This document shows positions 63,501 through 64,000 of a stretch of DNA of 64,000 bases, in pieces. The stretch's first letter is position 1. Each line of letters begins with the position of its first letter. Below the pieces are notes generated by a model, which was not told the origin of the DNA, did not search any database, and worked only from the letters and a program-made list of their open reading frames with translations. The stretch covers positions 35,364,080 to 35,428,079 of the forward strand of contig OZ037765.1 in NCBI GenBank assembly GCA_964035545.1, given 5' to 3'. The stretch comes from Bugula neritina. Its lineage: Eukaryota > Animalia > Bryozoa. Both the position numbers and the translations under genes were made by a program.

Positions 63501-64000
63501 CGGGAACACACCCACAGACTCCGCCCACAGTTACCTCCCCCTCCCGATATACCTGTACCACTGCGCCAGGTCTCAGGTGGTCAAGAGATTGGTGAGCTAC
63601 AGCACCTACCAGCCAGCACCTGACGAGTACATAGTAAGTGTAACTTACCTGACTAGTACATAGTAAGTGTAACTTACCTCACTAGTATATAGTAAGTGTA
63701 ACTTACCTCACTAGTATATAGTAAGTATAACTTACCTCACTAGTATATGGTAAGTATAACCTACCTCACTAGTATATAGTAAGTATAACTTACCTCACTA
63801 GTATATAGTAAGTATAACTTACCTCACGAGTACATAGTAAGTGTAACTTACCTCACTAGTATATAGTAAGTGTAACTTACACCTGACGAGTACAATATTG
63901 TCTTGTAGGACATGAATCCCCCGACCATCCAGGAAAGTGATGCTCAGAAAGAGGCTGCATCCTCTCAGCGCTCCCAGAAGGCCGAGCAGGCAGACGACGT
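18574..64000 (+). CDS. SZT2: KICSTOR subunit SZT2, 5' part (continues past the window). Exons: 18574-18618, 18698-18817, 37789-37968, 38211-38288, 38463-38558, 38793-38915, 40337-40517, 41234-41454, 41563-41666, 41791-41918, 44165-44258, 44432-44575, 44715-44864, 45472-45585, 45687-45890, 46179-46323, 46484-46899, 47039-47117, 47361-47470, 47578-47755, 59265-59359, 59639-59805, 60195-60364, 61859-61992, 62982-63304, 63437-63633, 63909-64000
   Basis: The spliced translation follows the SZT2 N-terminus: VFLLMTKEHRISKHLRAKWYL, GEVQFDKMFESLRKC, FIIPGS, AMLAIHLLPTNCSSGIIVITDG, LQFIATATFGAY, RLKEGF, LPWRKNICIEY, EGNYHFLHD, VLEHD, YLYHRRWIW, RLQEGF and TEVWIEPQHG. Exons have GT-AG boundaries. Some later exon boundaries are less certain. 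Confidence 0.9.
18838..22952. repeat. 34-bp satellite in SZT2 intron 2 (continues at 37513-37691 beyond the Polinton)
   Basis: Unit gtagttgtgatatataaacagtagacagt(a/g)tgga with occasional 4-bp CTAG insertions; more than 100 copies. Confidence 0.95.
22533..22636. mobile_element. Solo 104-bp Polinton terminal hairpin flanked by a 6-bp TSD (GTGATA)
   Basis: Identical to 22953-23056. Begins AGTAGTAGTAGG and ends CCTACTACTACT. GTGATA occurs at 22527-22532 and 22637-22642. Confidence 0.9.
22953..23448 (+). repeat. Left terminal inverted repeat (496 bp)
   Basis: Reverse complement of 37017-37512 with about 3 mismatches found by eye. Includes the terminal hairpin, short taatattataaaaagtagtg repeats and the 3' end of the fibre-like gene. 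Confidence 0.92.
23247..24023 (-). CDS. Fibre/shaft-like virion protein (258 aa)
   Basis: GTLDMGENKISRVINPADDQDVATKKYVD resembles a tail-fibre/adhesin neck motif. It is followed by about 4.5 copies of a 40-aa repeat (120-bp DNA period), e.g. IQPANEKLTVSTTSGNVADSSLSVSDIITTSNINNFA. Confidence 0.6.
   Translation of the reverse strand: MSVYKFGGSEKTKIDTKKFVLINGSSTLTGTLDMGENKISRVINPADDQDVATKKYVDDTSMPKILHPINQLTISTDDGRVIDSDLKVDDVVTKTNISNYAVPLIRDPSEKLTVSTNTGNIVDSNLSVSDVVTTSNINNFAINKIQPANEKLTVSTTSGNVADSSLSVSDIITTSNINNFAMNKIQPIIGGKLLMLSSDGNIVETGINISDLITINNINNYAIPKLQEAVGNKLVISTNDGGITESTESLPTFPSYDV
24020..24508 (-). CDS. Uncharacterised 162-aa protein, paralog of 35965-36492 and 36489-37010 (putative fibre head)
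   Basis: Shared motifs VDKPIEL, LYWKDK, YTSRKPND and ALPFELVSLKLYYNYK; N-terminal MSVYKFG. Confidence 0.7.
   Translation of the reverse strand: MSVYKFGESLAKAKKENYIERVVTKNNDVFIQSFSTTINIGMLLGYIVDKPIELKYALLEFQHLPANNNNPLYWKDKNLTLIIGDVNNPLEHNTKEYIIQGGVARVKIPMLEYIESDKNIGLVLHCSNNYTSRKPNDITINDNAPIALPFELVSLKLYYNYK
24512..25270 (-). CDS. A32/FtsK-HerA-type DNA packaging ATPase
   Basis: Walker A GKSGCGKTT, Walker B LIIFDD, RGRH, and SQNYFKLPRNTIREN. Confidence 0.92.
   Translation of the reverse strand: MEIENLSWKNEINRNNNPLLPKSIRGLIVGKSGCGKTTLLCNLLLQPNWLDYDKLMIYGKSLSQPEYINMRKAFERKLTKEEILNFFKNSDAIINSGININRVLKNSRGNGNIDAEFIESSDDVYDPSELDASNKNLIIFDDLMLEKQKTCESYYVRGRHNNVDCFYLSQNYFKLPRNTIRENANFICLFPQDGKNLNHIYQDHVNGDLTLNEFKNFCYKGWQKPHGFITLDLSSSKNNGRYRHGLDEFYIP
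25268..25285. promoter_or_regulatory. Perfect 18-bp palindrome CATTTATTATAATAAATG joining the divergent ATPase and integrase start codons
   Basis: Equals its own reverse complement and presents TATAATAAATG to both genes. Confidence 0.7.
25283..26647 (+). CDS. Retroviral-like (rve) integrase fused to an N-terminal Zn-ribbon and a parvovirus-type PLA2 domain, with a C-terminal chromodomain
   Basis: CxxC...CxxC at the N-terminus; PLA2 motifs HNFLGPGT and HDVCY; DDE triad in WAADLVD, WVDKGKEF and VVERWNRT; SH3-like KFVIGDRVRI; chromodomain YRIERVI...LVKWLGYPDSQNSWV. Confidence 0.92.
   Translation: MYCCKCKTKTKTLNYEKRVSKNNRLMGYGNCGQCGCKKTTFVGSGLANNLINNLPFELHYPGHNFLGPGTKLNKRLNDDMTPKEWSKPVDRDDAIAMRHDVCYALNKDTKTRNEICDKNMLDELKAIPNPTPAEQRHSRFASAIIGAKKRLGWGWTNELAEELHKPVQKKFRKRRVWVSGIDNIWAADLVDMTEFAKFNNGYKYLLTVIDVFSKYGWIIPLKNKTGKATALALKTILTRRKPQHLWVDKGKEFYNKDVKSLIDLYSTENEEKSSVVERWNRTMKERMFKYFSANNTYKYIDVLKDLVKRYNETKHSSIGMTPIEASDPSNENKVRVKLYPNLPAPSKPKFVIGDRVRIPRKKRTFEKGYTVRWTEEVFTISKILYTNPITYKLTDSGGEEIQGSFYEQELQKTKQEMYRIERVIKKKGKKALVKWLGYPDSQNSWVNLNVLERL
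26648..26820. repeat. Intergenic array of GACACAAA motifs, including three 31-bp units that each contain a palindrome
   Basis: TGGACACAAA-TGTG-TTTGTGTCCA at 26717-26740 and 26748-26771, a variant at 26779-26802, and shorter gtggacactagacacaaa units upstream. Confidence 0.85.
26834..27640 (+). CDS. Conserved Polinton protein of unknown function (268 aa)
   Basis: The C-terminal GDG-VVYLSSDPNALVERLELL...AGN...EIVSILDEL motif is typical of animal Polintons; the N-terminus looks coiled-coil. Confidence 0.7.
   Translation: MSYLKIHDPIKRDKTVQDFISRKNKLKENFKRERERELNAAIAQEKYFEPVIASQAQTTDALKQLLTLPNYNVQPAITDGVINLDEFTQNALAGLEPGAYNVKWDGNRHVIGTKPISFNDGKIIFDNEEYLATRGLLSLLTRKTPIGYDDNDLANYANILDNSGAIYQSKHGPIDKNSEKWKNIVRPIWEQLYPQRAKLADSKKAKRQVGDGVVYLSSDPNALVERLELLISSAKAGNTGVRNEIVSILDELLRMKIITRDYYKSILV
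27644..27955 (+). CDS. Small basic virion core/membrane-active protein (pVI/cupiennin-like)
   Basis: YAGGG followed by an amphipathic helix IFDTIRNVVTKI, a basic KKRRQKK patch and C-terminal LEGSG; lies directly upstream of the MCP gene. Confidence 0.55.
   Translation: MYVYDKRQRLQKHYAGGGIFDTIRNVVTKIASNSSVRELGKKAIAKAGTAAGEKIVNAIKKRRQKKLNAKSQAILQKLNQTKNILNNNNISNILEGSGQAIAY
27977..29251 (+). CDS. Double jelly-roll major capsid protein
   Basis: 424 aa with Polinton MCP-type motifs (LTNNGMAYLFKSIRY, LRHLFGFADDYEKV, EKPKYIIIGFQT, NPAVFDH, LNSERYP, LFVIDVSKQ). Confidence 0.85.
   Translation: MDSLNITQKIVLDTSVERDQVHEYEPVTGTNLNTPSEIRIVINQQDLYVQPSKSYLIIEGRLTKADGTAYADADLVTLTNNGMAYLFKSIRYQLDGHDLEYINNPGHASTMMGLLTYPDDYGKSRGLNQLWSKDTTATAAAANLGFNARQIYIIQKPDPKGTFSIKVDLRHLFGFADDYEKVLYGIKHQLTLVRDTNDNAIYRANGVDAGKITLDKVSWWMPHVTPSFEMKHKLYKIIESKAQLPLIYRSRWCDSIAVPQTTNFTWRLGSRGDTEKPKYIIIGFQTGKNESQTTNPAVFDHVNVKSIYAMLNSERYPEVDYDIDFAKMKFSRVYGDASKFCGEYYGINELIAYSNVLPSEYKDLYALFVIDVSKQSEALKSSVADIQLRVQFSQNVPADTQAYALILSDKIMSLSSDGNNLKVI
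29252..30010 (+). CDS. Minor capsid protein (penton, single jelly roll)
   Basis: PPIEL, YSFPNI, LPVGVYEL, LGF, VQVDCINGSY, FFPSVSPGYKIIEKP..LIYLP and TDQKG..LDLSGE..IRFHL; follows the MCP gene. Confidence 0.85.
   Translation: MDNRILREIADNTASKQTMTIGVTDTKTRIITQLNPPIELNKNKKYEMCLISLDTFYSFPNISTDRNSYRWSKDGGTTWHLVSLPVGVYELDQLEEAIQDEIVKEGGNRNGITLQANKVTFRIILKLKPNYQIDFNVENSLRDVLGFDAAIYNQPYIEATNIVNILNINAIHVQVDCINGSYIDGTYKPVIYSFFPSVSPGYKIIEKPHNLIYLPVHVKYIKTLTVTVTDQKGNLLDLSGEQLSIRFHLREV
30023..30592 (+). CDS. Protease-processed core protein (adenovirus pX-like)
   Basis: MSGG|FLGALLGIA matches the adenain site (M/I/L)xGG|x and is followed by a hydrophobic helix. IKGK|G, MKGN|G and IKGE|G match (M/I/L)xGx|G. 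Confidence 0.6.
   Translation: MGYCEIIGNVPQAQKQKIMNAYRSGKGCVIKLPLESGNDKLVVTKTQNDNILKALNANKKNITLEMSPSLVKTNASMSGGFLGALLGIATRVIPTLLKTIIPGVLSGAASAGVERAIKGKGLYLKKGGCVCSVEPNSNGSITLKPVASSNLMKGNGLYLKQGSSYIKGEGLILGPNSPFKNIPLLGMLL
30612..31004 (+). CDS. Hypothetical 130-aa protein flanked by perfect 24-bp direct repeats
   Basis: Open frame with an ATAAATG start and internal E-x-I-Y-K repeats; no recognisable family. Confidence 0.6.
   Translation: MSTVITYKSLDGTPITETIYKNNDCEKRVYEGGDIKERIIYKNFNILKEMTNSSNECGLLEEITYNNKKEIIYKENDGKIKIKTIYKTKEIIQELNVGLMNYAAARIPSFFTKLKYAEDEIEKRRNDALH
31083..31553 (-). CDS. Two-TM membrane protein of Polinton type (156 aa)
   Basis: Coiled-coil N-terminus, two hydrophobic helices, SKFLSDSYIDEGEY motif and an ATAAATG start. 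Confidence 0.6.
   Translation of the reverse strand: MDFRREKLELLNDEIIKLENEYEQKLNRFNWLSKSLKIISGLCGTTNLICGVIITALINANVTKQTLLPLSIIVSIMSVITTSQDTKLIKSTLMYLDIYTFIKDSKLEINSMLSKFLSDSYIDEGEYDAITEKYKNINSVIVDKKSDIIIARNNVC
31596..31823 (+). CDS. Small hypothetical protein (probable start at 31596, MDLTVELL...)
   Basis: In-frame ATG 30 nt inside the track ORF 31566-31823. An AAAAAATGA motif lies about 26 nt upstream and a 13-bp hairpin follows the stop codon. Confidence 0.5.
   Translation: MDLTVELLDKLIAKAEQKKYTPLLEYLYIPVINNISLKEINFRTRKQIPNINRYFYIKSNLKREAYKLKEENRDV
31832..31862. terminator. AT-rich hairpin (13-bp stem, 5-nt loop) just after the stop codon at 31823
   Basis: TATTATTACTTAT-TTTAC-ATAAGTAATAATA; terminator function is inferred. 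Confidence 0.5.
31902..35558 (+). CDS. Protein-primed family B DNA polymerase (1218 aa)
   Basis: N-terminal HeH/Rho-N-like motif; OTU-like DDKCF...HY; Zn finger; ExoI YADFE; endonuclease-VII-like insert CYIC...DHCH..GDYRGAAH..CN; ExoII HNLSGYD; polymerase motifs YLDANNLYG, KLMNNSVFGK and FTDTDS. Confidence 0.96.
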   Translation: MEFNTKITVKALKALAKERGLKRYSRLKKAELIRLLSPMDEPVPNIGQAPLIPTPVKKIMREIFTQTTRNIKKWVIKPITKIINPIKDKIMALYNQPKLKEQAANGWFQTYEIKGLPGYDIDSFCKLVKLNVLELLKPTIKAKIFLYCEVKKHNISTGEIIIETMPFTSNVEIILSSTNVDEIYDEIIERIKENFASLNAKGSSWTFKAIKKMEININKYQPLNGSSWIDLPKEIKLKKAVINPKNKDDKCFMWAILMGVYPVNKNVERISNYKEHINKLSWEGVEFPATKESIDAFEKVNSSIGINVFMWDNKTINLWRKTSSQNKIINLLYITDGKKNHYTYIKNLNKLLGSQINKRVNAKHICVNCMNSFRSNESLKKHQDWCLKNDSVTTTFPKLEDKIKFQSSHYCRGMRVPFVIYADFECFTKPIQGCNPNFKESYTNQYQQHEPSGFGYYIVSVTGECNYRSYTKETEDEDIGEQFIRLLELDIKNIYKKHKFAKTMRIMTSEQKSFELAENCYICEEKLSNDRVRDHCHLTGDYRGAAHKNCNLNYKIPKFYPVFIHNLSGYDAHLFIKNLGGEPSCIPNTEEKYISFSKKLLVDEFTNKEGEKIKVTREIRFLDSYKFMSSSLASLVANLKRDDFKHLSEYYKEKQLDLVLRKGVFPYDYFNNLSVLNETSLPPKEKFYSSLTEQNISEEDYIHAQKVWQEFNMRTFKEYHNLYMKVDVLHLADVFENFRNVCLKYYKLDPAWYYTAPSLSWDAMLKTTELKLDPITDVNQLLFFEKAIRGGVSMISHRHAKANNKYMENYNASEPSSYITYLDANNLYGWAMSKNLPTGNFKWMTEKQCKNLEKNLNFPPSFLEVDLEYSKKLHDSHKDYPFCPERLTINKVEKLVPNLNNKKNYIIHYEALKQCLMYGLKLTKIHRGITFNESNKLKKYIKLNTELRTLARSDFEKDFFKLMNNSVFGKTMEDIRNRVNVKLVTSESEAKKFTNQPNFKSFTIFSENLIAVHMNVTKLKFDKPVYLGAAILDISKTLMYDFHYEYIKHKYNNKAQLLFTDTDSLMYHVQTEDFYKDILPDIENKFDTSNYPKNHKSGIPTGKNKKVIGKFKDEAGGKQITEFVGLRAKLYSYKMDDIEEKKCKGINKTTRDNRITFDDYKECLLTRRNQFRTMNVLRSHKHTMYAETINKVALSAEDDKRNILEDGITTVPYGYIND
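35551..35964 (+). CDS. Adenain-like cysteine maturation protease
   Basis: GTHWVA (His), YFDSFG (Asp) and Q...ICGHLC (Gln/Cys). Confidence 0.9.
   Translation: MIKIKNIKLPNKALSNIELEFTIKKLKIPFFRGVFSRNDLPDKPRKKECGILNLDDLMGNGTHWVAWYKNGNKKYYFDSFGLHPPLEIMKYLKPPIFYNTERVQEFGTVICGHLCLYWLKEMSKHESPQLIINKLLI
35965..36492 (+). CDS. Uncharacterised 175-aa protein, paralog family (putative fibre head)
   Basis: MSSVYIFG; VDEPIEI, LYWTDK, YPSHKPSD, ALPFHYVLVKLYYNYK. Confidence 0.7.
   Translation: MSSVYIFGNSAKATIINEKPYITNIVIPSEFIYYDGSSSGFGGTLIKDFLVDEPIEITNILVQFYGEQAHNTKELYWTDKRIGLQVRNSAEIFGVSDENTFYDISGSEHNLPFSEISVNKVIEANKNFSISIALSKTYPSHKPSDVILTDTPASEITAAALPFHYVLVKLYYNYK
36489..37010 (+). CDS. Uncharacterised 173-aa protein, paralog family (putative fibre head)
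   Basis: MNIYKFS; VNKSIEI, LYWTDK, YPSHKPND, ALPFDYVYLKLYYN. Confidence 0.7.
   Translation: MNIYKFSKVNITTNKAYITSIIPKREFYYYEDINSFTVDLINDYLVNKSIEITHALIQFYNESSPNNKTKDLYWTDKKLGLHIRNSVNPFDESKENIFYTISGAEHNVPYSKININKIVNANNNFSFTIALSSDYPSHKPNDVILVNTPSEDATNALPFDYVYLKLYYNSLTN
37017..37512 (-). repeat. Right terminal inverted repeat (496 bp)
   Basis: Mirror of 22953-23448; contains the duplicated fibre C-terminal fragment (ORF 37024-37218). Confidence 0.92.
37024..37218 (+). pseudogene. TIR-borne duplicate of the last 64 codons of the fibre-like gene
   Basis: Protein is identical to the C-terminus of 23247-24023; it starts at an internal Met without the ATAAATG context. Confidence 0.75.
38328..38400 (+). 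repeat. tRNA-derived SINE-like fragment (A/B-box-like)
   Basis: GCGTGGTCTAGGGG...GGTTCAAATCC. A similar degenerate stretch occurs at ~7005-7063. No intact cloverleaf is evident. Confidence 0.35.
42645..43765. repeat. 15-bp then 9-bp intronic minisatellite
   Basis: Units tatactctctacctg and tatactctg. Confidence 0.9.
44833..45443 (+). repeat. 49-bp minisatellite seeded from an SZT2 exon end and its splice donor
   Basis: Unit agtgacagggcacctgagattattagtcacag|gtatgacacagtactat; the first copy overlaps the exon ending at 44864. Confidence 0.9.
48981..49313. mobile_element. MITE with ~65-bp TIRs
   Basis: GGGCCACAC...TTTTCGCATGCGAAAA...CACAAGTAGCAAAGGTGTCCACTGT mirrored at both ends; TA on both flanks (a CTAG TSD reading is also possible); no ORF. 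Confidence 0.8.
50525..50982. repeat. Degenerate (CACTCTGT/CACTCTCT)n repeat
   Basis: Low-complexity 8-mer array. Confidence 0.85.
51905..53420. repeat. 20-bp (51905-52592) and 9-bp (52790-53420) minisatellites
   Basis: Units cagtataactacagtgtata and ta(t/c)actctg. Confidence 0.9.
56250..56988 (-). mobile_element. 5'-truncated RTE-clade LINE fragment (ORF2 C-terminus, 3' UTR and (CA)n tail)
   Basis: KVYKAIVLPTLLYASETW...LRRILGVKWQD...QLKWSGHVVRMDDNRLPK...GGQRKRYKD...CPHCGK..SRIGLVSHLRTH, stop at 56366; (TG)n at ~56250-56267. Confidence 0.85.
57010..57505. repeat. Minisatellite (tctacaggccatgcattactc variants)
   Basis: Tandem 22-27-bp units. Confidence 0.9.
60368..61840. repeat. 22-bp intronic satellite filling almost the whole intron
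   Basis: Unit tagtaatatacgtactctctac running from donor to acceptor. Confidence 0.95.
62024..62845. repeat. Compound microsatellite (CTCTA, then CTCCA, then CTCCACA)
   Basis: 5-mer and 7-mer arrays grading into each other. Confidence 0.9.

Overview
This is AT-rich eukaryotic genomic DNA, most likely from an invertebrate animal, with many minisatellite-filled introns. It holds three host genes: the 3' part of a MAM-domain/mucin-like membrane protein gene (+, to about 5.5 kb), HSDL2 (-, 11239-15374, 8 coding exons) and SZT2 (+, 18574 to beyond the window end, at least 27 exons). HSDL2 and SZT2 are arranged head to head. SZT2 intron 2 contains a 34-bp satellite with an apparently intact 14.56-kb Polinton/Maverick (adintovirus-like endogenous virus, 22953-37512). 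The element has 496-bp TIRs, AGTAGTAGT termini and a GTGATA 6-bp TSD, and encodes pPolB, integrase, packaging ATPase, major and minor capsid proteins, an adenain protease and fibre-like proteins. Four features stand out. (i) Fifteen element ORFs start within ATAAATG, pPolB has AAAATTGA about 28 nt upstream, and AT-rich hairpins mark several 3' ends. This resembles poxvirus/Mimivirus transcription signals and suggests a virophage-like dependence on a helper virus. (ii) Each terminus is a 104-nt self-complementary hairpin with a complete element end on both sides, and a solo copy with its own TSD lies 420 bp upstream. (iii) A fibre system appears split into one shaft gene and three paralogous head-like genes that share an N-terminal motif. 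(iv) The integrase is fused to a Zn-ribbon, an intact parvovirus-type PLA2 and a chromodomain. All homology calls come from motif recognition, not database searches.
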